Notes: generated by a model from the letters alone, not told the origin. Positions 35,355-48,095 are shown, numbered from the stretch's first letter. The stretch is DNA of 64,000 nucleotides from Mobula hypostoma (GCF_963921235.1 NC_086108.1:106394001-106458000), one strand, 5' to 3'. Numbers and translations: made by a program.

Positions 35355-36030
35355 GATGCCCTCCGTTAGCTGGGGTCAACCATGGATGTGATGTCCTAGC
35401 TGTCTATGTGATACACAAGCCAGGGCAGTTTGATATGGAGAGCAAGCTGTTGCCCATGTAGCAAGCTCTTCCTTTGCATGCAGCTATTGAATCTAAAGTG
35501 GGAGTTCCCAACCTGGGGAATCCTTGCTTAATTGTATTCATCCATGGCATGAAAAATGTTGGAAACCTCCAATCTAAAGGAATGGCAGAGACTGATACAG
35601 TTTGGCACCAGTGGCATCGCAGGAGTTGTCAGTCAGCATTGAACTCAGTGTAGGACTGCCTTAAAGACTCAAGCTCCAGAGTTTTCCTTGGGTTTACTGT
35701 TGAAGCCTTCCCCATGAGTGGGTATAGCCACAAGGCAGCGGAGGTATGAGATCAGAGTTTTCTTCTTCCCTAGATAAGCTGCCAACCATGACTGACAAGC
35801 CTCATCTGCCTGATGCGACTGGCTTTAAGGAACCAGTAACCTGCCTTTGCCCATTCTCCTGTCAGTAGAAATGGTTCTACTGGGCTTAGTAGCTAGGTCA
35901 CACATGAAGACAAGGAGCTAGACTTTGTTGTCAGAGGCTATTTGAGGCTCACGTCATTGGGGGCATCTTATAGGTAGTGGGAGCTTATTCACACTACTTA
36001 CCCTCCCCTTAGCTATTACAACCTTAAGGA
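35355..36030 (-). mobile_element. RTE-related non-autonomous element; second partial copy at 52500-52860
   Basis: Two copies align by eye (GGCAGAGACTGATACAG, GCCAGTCAG-TGAACTCA, CTAGATGAGCTGCC); no ORF; 3' part shared with the tRNA-SINE at 42505. Confidence 0.6.
35499..35571. mobile_element. hAT/Charlie-type MITE
   Basis: 8-bp TSD ATCTAAAG at 35491 and 35572; degenerate GTTCCCAAC/GTTGGAAAC TIRs. Confidence 0.8.
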
Positions 36031-36529
36031 ACCACTACTGCTAAGATATTGACAAATAAGCATGGAATCCTGAAAAACGGATCAATGGGAAGGAGTCACA
36101 AACAGGGGCAAACAAGATGTTGGTGGAGGGGAATGGATGGTTGACATATCAGAATGAGATCATTTATCTGAACTGGAAGAGAAAAGGTAGATAGCCAAAG
36201 TTCAGGTAAGGGGGAGAGGCAGGCAAGAACTGGCAAGTGATAGGTGGCTCCAGGTAAGGAGCAGTGATGGGCAGGTGAAGGAGGGGAGAGTGGGAACAGT
36301 GACAGAGGCAGCAAAGTGTTAGACAGAGGTGCTAAAGGGATGAAGATATTTGAGAAGAAGATGGAGCATGGCACCAAATAAGAGAGGTGGGGAGGACAGC
36401 TGGAACGGTGAAAGGAGAGGACACTGTGTGGGTGATGGACTGATAGAATGGGTAGAGGAGGGGAAACAGGGTGATGGAGACTGAGGTGAATGTAGGAACA
36501 ATTGTGTTGATCAGAAGGAGAGATAACAA

Positions 36530-38100
36530 GACCATAAGACTTAGGAGCAAACATAAGCTATTTGGCCCATCACGTCTGCGCTACCATTTCATCATGACTG
36601 ATTTTATTTTTCCACTTAATCTCATTGTCCTACCTTTTCCCTGTAACCTTTGACACCATGATAAAACAAGAACCTTACAATCTCTAACTTAAATATACCC
36701 AATGACTCGGCCTCCACAGACATCTGTGGCAATCCATCCATTTGTCTCCATTACTACCTCTCCAGCATCGTTTTTCATAGGTCTGTTATCCACTCTCACT
36801 TCTGTTTTACTCCTTACATATCTGAGATTACTTTTGGAGTCAGTCCACTTTTATTTAACTGACTAGTTCACCTTCACATTTCATCTTTTCTCTCATTATG
36901 GCTTTTTGTTTGCCTTCTGTTGGTTTTTAAAATCTTCCCAACCCTCTAACTTCCCACTAATTTTTGTTCTATTATATGCCCTCCCTTTTGCTTTTATGTT
37001 GCCTTTAGCTTCCCTTGTAAGCCATAGTCCTCTTACCTTTCCTTTAGAATATTTCATCATCTTTGAGACGTATCTACCTTGTACCTTCTGAATCACCTAT
37101 AAAAACTCTAGCACTCTCATGCCTCTAATTCTTTTACTCCACTGCAATATCAATACATCTGAGTTTACCTTTTCCCTCTCAAACTGCAGGGTGAATTCTA
37201 TCATATTATGATCACATCTTCTTAAGGGTTCCTTGGCCTTAAGATTCCTAATCCCATCTGGATCATTGAATACCCACTCCAGAATAAGTGATCTCCTAGT
37301 GGGTTCAACCACAAGCTGCTCTAGAAAGTTATCTTGTAAGCATTCTACAAATCCAACACCAAAAAGATTTTCTCAATCTACCTGTATATTAAAATCTCCC
37401 ATTGCTATTATAACATGCCTTTTTTTTACATGTCTTTTCTACCTCCTGTTGTAGTTTGTAGCCCACATCCTGGTTAATGTTTAGAGGCCTGTATATAAGT
37501 CCATTCAAGGTCTTTTTACCCTTGCAGATTCCTAACTCTACCTACAATGATTTTACATCTTCTGAACCTATGTCACCACTTTCTAAGGATTTTACTTCAA
37601 TTTTAACCAAAAAAGCCATCCCACCACCTCTGTCTACCTGCCTGTTCTTTCGATACAATGAAGCTCCCAACTATTATCCTCTTTCAGCCACAATTCTGTG
37701 ATGCCCACAATATCAAAAATGCCAATCACTAACTGCGCTACAAGCTCTACCTTTTTCCATATATTGTGTACATTCAAATATAACACCTTCAGTCCTGTAT
37801 TCGTCACCTTGTTTTGATTTTGGGCCCATGTTATACTGCAACTCATCTCATTGTCTGTAATTTTTCCTTATTATCTGCCTGTCCTTCCTGACAGTCTCAA
37901 TGAACACTGCATCTAGTTGCACACCAATTGCCCCATCCTCAGCGCCTGTTCCCATCTCCCTGCCAAATTAGTTTAAATACTCTTTAACAGCTCTAACTCC
38001 CCTTGGCATAACCTGTCCTTTTTGTACATTTCATCCTTTCCCCAGAAGAGATCACAATGATCCAGAGAATTCTGAAACCCTGCCCCTTGCACCAGATCCT
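36530..38100 (-). mobile_element. CR1 LINE, heavily deleted (ORF1 end, endonuclease, 3' end)
   Basis: LKVLYLNVHNI...DIVGITELWL; CDHNMIEF; CR1 3'UTR at ~36530-36730. Confidence 0.88.
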
Positions 38101-38206
38101 CCCTGCTTCCCTTGTGTTTCTTTTCTCTTTCCTCTTTTTCTACCCAGTGTTATAGAATCTTCTGGGAGATTTAGGAAAATATACTTCCTGTGCCAAATGA
38201 AACAGG

Positions 38207-38805
38207 CACTGAGTATATGTTCATAGTTTTCTGCTGCTGTAGCCCATCCACTTCAAGATTTGACATACTGTACATTCAGAGCTGCTCTTCTGCACACCAC
38301 TGTTGTAATGTGTGGTTATCTGAGCTCCTGCCACCTTTCCGTCGGCTTGAACCAGTCTGCCCAATCTTCTCTGACTGACATCTCTTATCAAAAATGCTTT
38401 CTTTTTGCCCACATAACTGCCGCTCATCAGATTTCTAAAAAAAAACATTCTCTGTAAACTCTAGAGCAGGGGTTCCCAACCTGGGGACAACAGACCTCTT
38501 GCTTAATGGTATTGGAACATGGCATAGAAAAGTCTGGGAACCCCTGCTCTAGAGACTGCTATGTGCAAAAATCCCAGGAGACCAACAGTTTCTAAGATAC
38601 ACAAACCACTACCACCAACAATCATCATTCCATAGCCAAAGTTATTAGATCACATTTCTTCCTCATCTTGATGTTTGGTTTGAATATCAACTGAACCTCT
38701 TGACCATGTCTGCATGTTTTTATGCATTGAATTGCTGCCACATGATTGGCTGATTTGATATTTGTATTGGTGTATAGGTGTACCTAATTGGGTGGCCACT
38801 GATTG
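38207..38805 (-). mobile_element. Tc1-like non-autonomous remnant (TIR plus transposase N-terminus)
   Basis: QRRLGRLVQADGKVAGAQITTHYNSGVQKSSSE...LKWMGYSSRK; TIR GTACCTAAT...GTGGCCACTGA. Confidence 0.85.
38467..38546. mobile_element. hAT/Charlie-type MITE, 80 bp
   Basis: TIRs CAGGGGTTCCCA/TGGGAACCCCTG; perfect 8-bp TSD CTCTAGAG, matching the NTCTAGAN target preference of Charlie elements. Confidence 0.92.
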
Positions 38806-38864
38806 TACACAAATTCAATTCTATTCCCCCACTTACCCATTAACGCCCCCAAGTTTCTTGCACA

Positions 38865-39680
38865 TCACTTTACAGTGAGTTCAAATCCATTGCTGTCCGT
38901 CAGAAATTTGCAAGTTCTCCTTTGCATGGTTTTCTCTGGATACTCGGATTCCCTCTCATACTCCAAAGATGGACAGTTAGTGTTAATGAGTTGTGGGTAT
39001 GCTATGCTGATGCTGGAAGTGTAGCAACATTTGCAGGCTACCCAGCACAATCCTCACTGAATTGATTTGATGCAAATGACGTATTTCCCTGCATGTTTCG
39101 ATGTTTTGATGAACATGTGACTAATAAATCTAATCTTTAATCTTCATATTACCAACTGACACACCTTTTGTATGTGGGAGGAAACTGGAGCACCCAAAGG
39201 AAATGGGTGACATTGCCAGGAGGATGCTGAAACTACATAAAGGTAGCAACAGTCGTTCGCATCAAACCTGGTCACTGAACTGTGAGTCAGTGCCTCTACC
39301 AGCTGTACCCTGGGTGAAGACCCAAAGGAAAAGAAAAATGATAAAAATTCCATTCTTCTCTGCAGGCAAAATTTAAGTTCTACAGATCATCTACTTCCCT
39401 CCTTCAGTTTTTCAAATGCAGAACTATATGTATACTCCCACTGTAAGGAGTCTGAAAATTCTCCCTGTGACCACAGAGGTTTCTTCCAGGTGGTCTGGTT
39501 CCGTCCCATGCTACAAAAATGCACAGTTAGGGCTAGGTTAATTTGTGGGCATATTATGCTGATGCCAAAAGCATGGTGACATTTGTGGGCTACCCAGTAT
39601 AATCCACGTTGATTTGATTTAACACAAACAAAACATTTCACTGTATATTTCAATGTACATGTGACAAATAAACTATTTAT
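38865..39680. mobile_element. Cluster of three V-domain SINEs (+, -, +)
   Basis: V cores near 38930, 39175 (reverse) and 39480; plus copies end in CATGTGAC-AATAAA tails. Confidence 0.7.
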
Positions 39681-40300
39681 TTTTATGAAAGCTTACTTGC
39701 AGCAGTATCACAAGCACACATTATCAGATAGGCAGCATTCAGAAGAAAAACATAAGTTTAGCCTAAATTATAAATGATTTTTACAAAAACAAACTCAATT
39801 GGAACAAACAGAAACAAAGCCCACTCTAGTACAAAGTGATTGATGTGCTCGTAGTTTTAGTCTCATTCTTGTTTCTTCTTCCCTCCTGCTGTTATCCATC
39901 ATGCCCGTTCAACAGTCAAGTGACTATGACACCGAGAGCCCTGCTGCTTCGTGAATCACAATTCAGCCTCTTTCCTGTAATACATCAAAGACTTTTTTCC
40001 CTCTCTGAATCGGTCCTGTGATTGAGACAAGCTTCAGATCTCTCATGCAGGTTTCAATGGAACACAACAAATTCCATTTACATTTTCAGCCCTTGGGATG
40101 GCCCAGATGCATTGAATAAAAATAGAGATGTAAGACAGGAAAGTGTTGCTAAACCTGCATTGAAGCTTGGTTAGGCCACACTGCTTCTCATACCCCCTTT
40201 ATGAAAAGAGACAGATTCGGGAAAGATATCTTGTAAGGAGGATAGCAAAAGTACATGAGAAAGGATGATCAGACGAGGCTTTCGTCCCATAGCATATAGT

Positions 40301-40840
40301 GTTCGTCCATCAGTAACATCAATGAGGACCTTGACACCATTATGATGATGTTGAGACTAGCTCGTGATTTGGATTTAAGTGAGGGAGAGTTGCTAGGCGT
40401 CAGCCTCACTCTCTCTTCCCAATTCCCATCTGAATCGAGTGGCAAGACAGAGTCGAGACGGCTGGAGACGGGACTAGGCATAGTGGACCACCAGGATGTC
40501 TTCTGTGTCTTGTCCTGTTCTACACGTTCCACGACGCTTGCAGAGACCGCCTTCTTGACCGTTGGACCTTCCATTGGTCTCGTCTGCTCAATCTGCCAGA
40601 ATCTGTCTTCACATGCTGGGATAGACAACTCCCTATCTCACCGACGGTTTGAGACCCGGCGGCTACCCTCTCCTGGTTTAGCCGGCTTGTGTGGCCGCTG
40701 TCGCATGCAAACAGCTACGGGGAGCCACAGGTGAGAGCTGAGTGCCAGGTGGGGACCAAAGGTGGACTAACCGCCTTGAAAAGGATGCGACATGTTCCCC
40801 CACCAAAGATACTACCCCTCCCTGACACCCCATACACCCC
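40301..40840 (-). mobile_element. ORF-less RTE-derived retroposon, full length, with TSD
   Basis: Flanking duplication CCCATAGCATATAGTGT (40286-40302 and 40838-40854); colinear with 53389-54090. Confidence 0.85.
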
Positions 40841-40984
40841 ATAGCATATAGTGTGCAGCACAATAACGTAGTGGTTAGAGCAATTGATTTACAGCACCAG
40901 CGATCACTAATTGGAATTTGACTCCTACCATTCTCCCCATGGCTACCTGTTTCCTACAGATGCTCCAGTTTCCTCTCACATTCC

Positions 40985-41550
40985 ACGCTTGGAGTATTGT
41001 GAGCAGTTCTGGGCCCCTTATCTAAGAAAGGATGTGCTGACATTGGAAAGGGTTCAAAGGAGGTTCATGAAGATCATTCCAGGAGTGAAAGGTTTGTCAT
41101 ATGAGGAGGGTTTGATGGCTCTGGTCCTCTACTCACTGGAATTCGGAAGAATGAGCGGCGACCTCGTTGGAACCTATTGAATGGTGAAAGGCCTGGATCG
41201 AGTGTGTATGGAGCGGATGTTTCCCATGCTGGTGGAGTCTAAGGACAGAGGACGCAGCCTCAGAATAGAGTGAGGGGGATTCTTTTAGAAAGGAGATGAG
41301 GAGGAATTTCTTTAACCAGAGAGTGATGAATTGGTAGAATTTGTTGACGCAGGTGGCCGTGGAGGCCAAGTCATTGGCTGCATTTAAGGCAGAGGCTGAT
41401 AGATTCTTGGCTAGTCAGGGCATGAAGAGATACAGGGAGGAGGCAGGAGATTGGGGCTGAGAGAGAAAATGGATCAGAGATGATCAAATGACAGAGCAAA
41501 TTTGATGGGCCAAAGGGCCTAATTCTGCTCCTATATCTATCGGTCTTATT
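40985..41550 (+). mobile_element. CR1 3' fragment
   Basis: PRLEYCEQFWAPYLRKDVLTLERVQRRF; CR1 3'UTR. Confidence 0.9.
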
Positions 41551-42259
41551 GCAAAAAGACATGTGGCTTAGGGTTAGCAAGTTGAGGGTATGATGCATGT
41601 ATGCCTTCCTCAGCGGACTGCTGAAGGCTTGTTCCTGCCAACAACATACATGCACCATCAATTTTCAGAACATATCACTCAGGGACTTTGGTACAGTACA
41701 TTTTTTTTGGTGACTGCATGCTAACTGCTGTCTTTTATGTGCTATAAGTGCCTTGTGTTGTGTGTCATTGTTGGTGCTGTGGTTTGCACATTGACCTTGG
41801 AGGAATGTTGTTTTGCTTGGCTGTATTCATGATATTCATGTACGGTTTAATGCCAATTCCACTTGAACTTGAACCTGGAAGCATAGCAAAATTTGTGGTC
41901 TGTTCCCAGCACAATCCTTGCTGATTTGATTTGACACAAATGATTCAGTTCTCTGCCTGTTTCGATGTACATGTGACAAATAAAGTTTACCTTTAACCTT
42001 CAGTGAGGAATGGCCAAACAGAGATCTGTAAAACAACGAAAGGTTTTTAATACAAAGGTCGTAGAGAATGTTTCCACTTGCAGAGAAGAACATAAATGGA
42101 GGCCATCAATGTGCAGTGGACACCCTGGAACCCTGTGAATCTTTACCCCAAGGAACTTGTTCCTACTGAGAAACACACAAAATACTGGAAGAACTCAGCA
42201 GGTCAGGTAGCAGGTCTACGTTCCTATGGAAAGACTTTAAGGTTGGTAACATAGATCAA

Positions 42260-42480
42260 CACTCAGTGACCACTTTATTAGGTAGCTCCTGATCTAATAA
42301 ACTTGCCACTGAGGGTCCATTTGTCTTCTGTTGCTGTAACCCATCTACTTCAAGGTTCGAAGTTTTGTACATTTAGAGATGCTCTTCTGCACACCACTGT
42401 TGTAACATGTGGTTATTTGAGTTACTGTCTCCTTCCTGTCAGCTTGAACGAGACTGGCCAATCTGCTCTGATGTCCCTCT
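42260..42480 (-). mobile_element. Tc1-like remnant capped by TIR-TIR palindrome (42260-42315)
   Basis: CACTCAGTGACCACTTTATTAGG...CTAATAAACTTGCCACTGAG, then the reverse of the GYSSRR transposase region. Confidence 0.8.
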
Positions 42481-42504
42481 TTAGTAAATCATAAACACAA
42501 GCGT

Positions 42505-42800
42505 GAGCACATGGCCAAGTGGTTAAGGCATTAGACTAGCTACCTGAAGGTCGTGAGTTCGAGCCCCAGCCAAGGGAACGTGTTGTGTCCTTGAGCAAGG
42601 CACTTAATCACACATTGCTCTGCGACGACACTGGTGCCAAGCTGTATGGGTCCTAATGTCCTTCCCTTGGACGACATTGGTGTCGTGGAGAGGGGGACTT
42701 GCAGCATGGGCAACTGCTGGTCTTCCATACAACCTTGCCCAGGCATGAAGACTTTCCAGGCGCAGATCCATGGTCTCGCAAGACTAACGGATGCCTTAAA
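42505..42800 (+). mobile_element. tRNA-derived SINE with RTE-like tail
   Basis: A box TGGCCAAGTGG, B box GAGTTCGAGCC; ends CCATGGTCTCGCAAGACTAACGGATGCC; second copy at 52091-52397. Confidence 0.9.
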
Positions 42801-42802
42801 TA

Positions 42803-44595
42803 AAAACACAAGAAATTCCGTAGACATTGGAAATCCAAAGCGACACACACAAAATGCTGAGGGAACTCAGCAGGTCAGGCACCATCCATGGAAGTGAGCA
42901 AAATGGTCGATGTTTTGGGCTGACACCGTTCTTTGGGACTGAAAAGGAAGGGGAAAGGTGCCAGAATAAAAAGGTGAGAAGACGGGAAAGGATAGCTCGA
43001 AGTTGAAATGCGAAGTCAGCCGGGCGAGAAAGGTAAAGGGCTGGAGAGGAAGAAATCTGATAGGGGAGGAAAATGGACCATTGAGGAAGGGGAAGGAGGA
43101 AGGGCAGCAGAGGAAGGTGACAGGCAGTTGGGAAGAGGTAAGAGGCTAAAGTGGGGAATAGAAGTAAAGGGGAGGAGGAGGGAATTTTTTTTTACTGGAA
43201 GAAGAAATCAACATTCATGCCATCAGAATGGAAGCTACCCAAGCAGAATATAAGGTCTTGCTCTCCCACTCTGAGGGTGGTCTCATATTGGCACAAGTTG
43301 AGACCATGGATCAATGTGGCAAAATGGGAATGAAAAGCAGAATGAAAATGTCTGTCCACTGTGAAGTTCTGCTTTAGATAGATGGAGCGGAGGTGCTCAA
43401 TAAAACAGTTCCCCAGTTTATGACAGGTCTAAACAACGTAGAGGAGGCTGCATCGGGAGCACCGGCAAAATAGATGACTCCAACAGATTCGCAGGTGAAG
43501 TGTTGCCTCACCTGGGAGAACTATTTGGGGCATTGAAAGGAGGAGAATGGACAGATCTAACAGCTTGGCCACTTCCAGAGTTAAGTGCTGAGAGGGAAAT
43601 TAGTGGGGAGAAATGAATGGACAAGGGAATCATGGAGGGACCGACCCCTGTAGAAAGCGGAGAGTGTGGGGGAGGTAAAGACGTGTTTCATGGTAGGATC
43701 CTTTGGGAATGGCAGAAGTTGTGGAGAAGGATATGTCAGATGTAAAGAGGAACACTATCACTGTTAAGGTGGCAGGAAGATGCCATGAGCGTGTATGTCC
43801 AAGAAATGGAGAATTAGCGGGTGAAGGCTGCATCAGTGTTGGAGGAAGGGAAACCTCATTCTGTGAAGTGTCATGGGAAGGAAAGTCTCATCCTGGTGTG
43901 GCGGAGGTGTGGGAACTGAGAAAAGGAAATGGCATCTTTACAGGAGACTGAGTGAGAAGAGGTATTATCAAGATAACCGTGGGAATCAGAGATTGAGAAA
44001 GAGGAGAGGGGTGCCAGAACTGCACCAAATGAATTTAAGAGTGGGATGAAACTTGAAGGCAAGTTGATGACATTGAAGAGCTCAGTAGCACCGATGCAGT
44101 TGTCATTGAGGGGAGGGTTACTAGTGAAGGCTTAGAACATGTAGCAAATGAAGAGGCAAGCACTGCAAGCCAATGACTACCCCTCGAGTCCGGAGAAAGT
44201 GGGTGGAGCAGAAGGAGAAATTGTTGACAATGATGGCGAGTTTTGCCAAATGAAGAGTTCTTTTATTAAGAAAGAAGGGGAGAGCTTTAAGACCTTCTTG
44301 ATAGCGATAGAAATGAATAGAGACTGAACATGCATGGTGATAAGAGGCAGTCATGGCCAGGGAATTGAAGATTAGTGAGGAGATTGGGAGCATGGCAAGT
44401 GGCTCAGATGTAGGTGTAAAGGGACTGACCAATTGGATAGAATGGAGTCGAGGTATGACGACACGAGTTCAGCGGAACAGGAGCAGGCAGAGACAATGGG
44501 CCTACCTGAAGAGTCAGGTTTGTGGACCTTGGATAGGAGGTAGAAGCAAGCAGTGCGAGGTAAGGGAACTATGAGTTTGGTGGCAGTGGATAGAT
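42803..44595 (-). mobile_element. Degenerate PLE (RT, GIY-YIG, 3'UTR)
   Basis: QEGLKALPFFL, NNFSFCSTHFL, DSHGYLDNTSSHSVSCKDAISFSQF; colinear with 21524-23570. Confidence 0.9.
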
Positions 44596-44604
44596 GTTCT
44601 CATT

Positions 44605-44947
44605 GGCAAGGTGTTTCACCCACAGATCTGCCACTCACTGGATGCTTTGTTGTTTATCGCAGCATCCTCTGTAAGCTCTGGAGAATGAAATGCGTGGAAA
44701 TCCCAGGAGATCAGCAATTCCTGAGATACTCAAACCACCCTATCTGGCATCAACAATCCTGACATGGTCAAAGCCAATTACATCACATTTTGTTCCCCAT
44801 TCTGGAGTTTTGGCTGAACACCAACTGAACCTCTTAACCATGTCCACATGCTTTTATGCACTGAGTTGCTGCCACTTGACTGGCTGATTAAATATTTGCA
44901 TTAATGAGCAGGTGTACAGGTGTACCTAATAAAGTGGCCACCGAGTG
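44605..44947 (-). mobile_element. Tc1-like remnant
   Basis: TIR GTACCTAATAAAGTGGCCACCGAGTG|TA and shared internal sequence. Confidence 0.85.
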
Positions 44948-46440
44948 TATTGAAGAGCAGTTGGGAAATCAATGAGGGAGAAAGGAACAGAGGCCCCGCT
45001 GACAGCATGAGGTAAAAGAGAAGGTGACTAGAACAGAGCGTGAATAAATGGAACAGATTGGCTAAAAATGGCCAGTTTCTGTGCTGTTGCCCAGCAGCAG
45101 AGTGGTGGAGCAAGAGTGCACTGGAACTATGGCCCCGAAGTCAATGGATCAAAGCCAGCCTCTGCAATTCTCCTGTTGAACATTTTTATGGATGGCACAG
45201 TCGTGTAGCTGTTAGAGTAATGCTTTACAGCACCAGCAATCGGATTCAATTCCCACTGCTGTCAGTAAGAAGTCTATATGTTTTCTCCGTGATGGTATGG
45301 GTTTCCTCCCATATTCCAGAGATGTATGGATTATTAAGGGTTAATACATTGTGGGCATGCTATGTTTGCACCAGAAGCACGGCGACACTTGTGGGCTGTT
45401 CCCAATACATCCTCAAAACTGTCTTGGTCATTGACGCAAATGACGCATTTCAAGGATTCAAAGTACATTTATCATCAAATTTGGCTTCCCACAGACAGCC
45501 ATGAAAAAAAGGAACACCATGGAACTCGTTCAAGAAAATATCAAACATCCAATGCACAAAAAAAAGAACAAATCACACAAAAAAAAGAACAAATCTGACT
45601 CCAGGCCACAAAGCCAGTCCGTCCCAATCAAAATCGCACAAAATGGCAATAAAAAAGGAGTAACCAGAAACCAGAAACATATCATAACATGAACTACAGA
45701 GTCCGAACCACAAACCTCATTGACTAAACCTTGCCCAAGTCTCAAGCCTCTGAAACCACCCTTCGGCATCATGGAGTGAGAGCGAGAGAATGACTGGTCA
45801 AACACAGGCAGCTCCCTCTGGAAGCAACAAGCGAGAGGGAGAAAAGGACTGTCTAAACACAGGCACACACCCTTCCACCTTCCAATTGGTCTGGTCGATT
45901 GGATAGAATGGCGTCGAGGTATGAGGACACGAGTTCAGCGGAACAGGAGCAGGTAGAGACAATGGGCCTACCCGAACAGTCAGGTCTGTGGACTTTGGAT
46001 GGGAGGTAGGAGCAAGCAGTCCAGTGTAAGGGAACTATGAGTTCCGGTACCATGCACTTCCCTCTCAGCCTCATGGGTTTCAATTTTGCTCAATGCTTTA
46101 ATCAGCAAGATTAATGAGAAATGGAGTTCACGATAGGCTTGTGCCCCATCTCCAGGCTTCTTGGCCTCCAGACCGTACAGTCCACTCAAAACCTCATTGA
46201 GCCCCCTTAGAGCACCACATCGCTCAGTCAGCTGAAATCACACCGCCAAAATGTAAATCTCAGGTTCCATTGTGCAGAAGCATATTTGAAATAATAAGAG
46301 GCAGTAAAAGAAGTTGTTTCTTGAAATGTCTGAAGGACGTCACCTTTGGTTGTGTTGTTCACTGGTGCCGAATTCTAGAATTAGCATTTCACTGTGGTGC
46401 TTCAATGTACATGTGATAAATAAAACTAGTCTTTAATCTT

Positions 46441-47861
46441 AAGCAAGAGAAAATCGGCAGTGGCTGGAAATCCAAGCAACACACACAAAATGCTGGAGGA
46501 ACTCAGCAGGCTAGGCAGCATCTATGGAAAAGAGTACAGTTGACGTTTCGGGCTGAGACCCTTCAGCATGACTGGAGAAAAAGGATGAGAAGTCAGAGTA
46601 AGAAGGTGGGGGAAGGGGAGGAAGAAATGCAAGGTGAGAGGTGATAGGTAAAACTGGGAAAGGGGGAGGGGTGAAGTAAAGAGTTGGGAAATCAATTGGT
46701 GAAAGAGATAATGGGCTGGAGAAGGGGGAGTTTGATAGGGGAGGACAGAGGCAATTGAAGAAAGGAAAGGGGGAGGAGCACCAGAGGGAAGTGATGGGCA
46801 GGTAAGGAGATAAGGTAATAGAGGGAAATGGGAATGGGGAATGGTGAGGGAGAGAGGGGGATGATGCCATTTCGAGGCTACTCAGACAGAATATGAGGTG
46901 TTGCTCCTCCAGCCTGAGTGTGGCCTCAGCACGACAGTAGAGGAAGCCATGGACTGACATGTTGGTTGGACTGGGAATGGGAAGTACAAATAAAATGTGT
47001 GGCCACTGGGAGATCCCACCTTTTCAGGCAGATGGAGCATAAGTACTCGGGGAAGTGGTCTCCCAATCTACATCGGGTCTCACCAATATGGAGGAGGCCA
47101 CACCAGGAGCACCTGATACAGTAGGTGACCCCAACAGACTTACACATGAAGTGTTGCCTCACCTGGACGGACTGTTCAGGGCCCTGAATGATAGTGAGGA
47201 AGGAGGTGTAGGAGCAGCTGTAGTACTTGTTCCGCTTGCAAGGATAAGTGCCAGAAGGGAGAGTAGTGTGGAGGGATGAACGGACAAGGAAGTCGCATAG
47301 GGAGCGATCCCTGCGGAAAGCAGAAACTGGGGGGGGGGGGAGGGAAGGATGTGCTTGAGATTGGATTTAAATGCTATCCCCTTCTCTCAATTGCTCTGTC
47401 TCTGCCGCATCTGCTATCAAGATGGGCCTTTTCATTCCAGAACTAACGAGATGGCCTCCTTCTTAAAAGAAAGTGGCTTCTTCCTTCCCTCCTCCAGCAA
47501 TGCTGTTCTCACCTGCATCTCTTCCATTTCATACACACCTGCCCTCACCCTATCCTCCTACCACCCCACCAAGGATAGGGTTCCTCTTGTCCTCACCTAC
47601 CATCCCACCAGCCTCCACGTCTAACACATAAATCCCTGTAACTTCTTCCATCTCTGATGTGACCTTTACTTCACTCCTCCATCTCTCTGGGTTTCACCGA
47701 TCACCTACTACCTCCCCTCCCCCCATCTTCTTACTCTGATTTCTCATCTTTTTTCTCTGGTCCTGATGAAGGGTCTCAGCCCAAAACCTCGATTGTCTAT
47801 ACTGTTTTCCATAGATGCTGCCTGGCCTGCTGAGCTCCTCCAGCATTTTGTGTGTGTTGCC
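46441..47861. mobile_element. PLE insertion made of two inverted 3' segments
   Basis: Minus-strand GIY-YIG and UTR 46441-47355; plus-strand NAIPFSQ...DRVPLVLTYHP and UTR 47370-47860; flanks AGTCTTTAATCTT and AGTCTATAATCTT. Confidence 0.9.
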
Positions 47862-48095
47862 AGTCTATAATCTTTGTATATTTGAAGTTATAATCTGAGA
47901 ATGGTTGAGCATATTAGCAAAACACCTTGGTTCATCATTGACAATTATAACTTCAAATTAGCAAATCTTCCTTATCATCTGTATTGAGTCATACAGCTTA
48001 GAAACAGGCCCTTTTAGCTCATCATGGTTGTAATGGTAACTTGTTCATTGACACAAATCCCATTTTCCCACACAAGGACCATACTGTTCTGCACC

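Noticed and set aside
42505..42580. Possible tRNA genes here, at 52091 and at 53904
   Set aside because: A and B boxes are present, but there is no clean acceptor stem and each runs into a SINE body.
45555..45596. 21-bp tandem duplication in an A-rich tract
   Set aside because: Ordinary slippage within a repeat tail.
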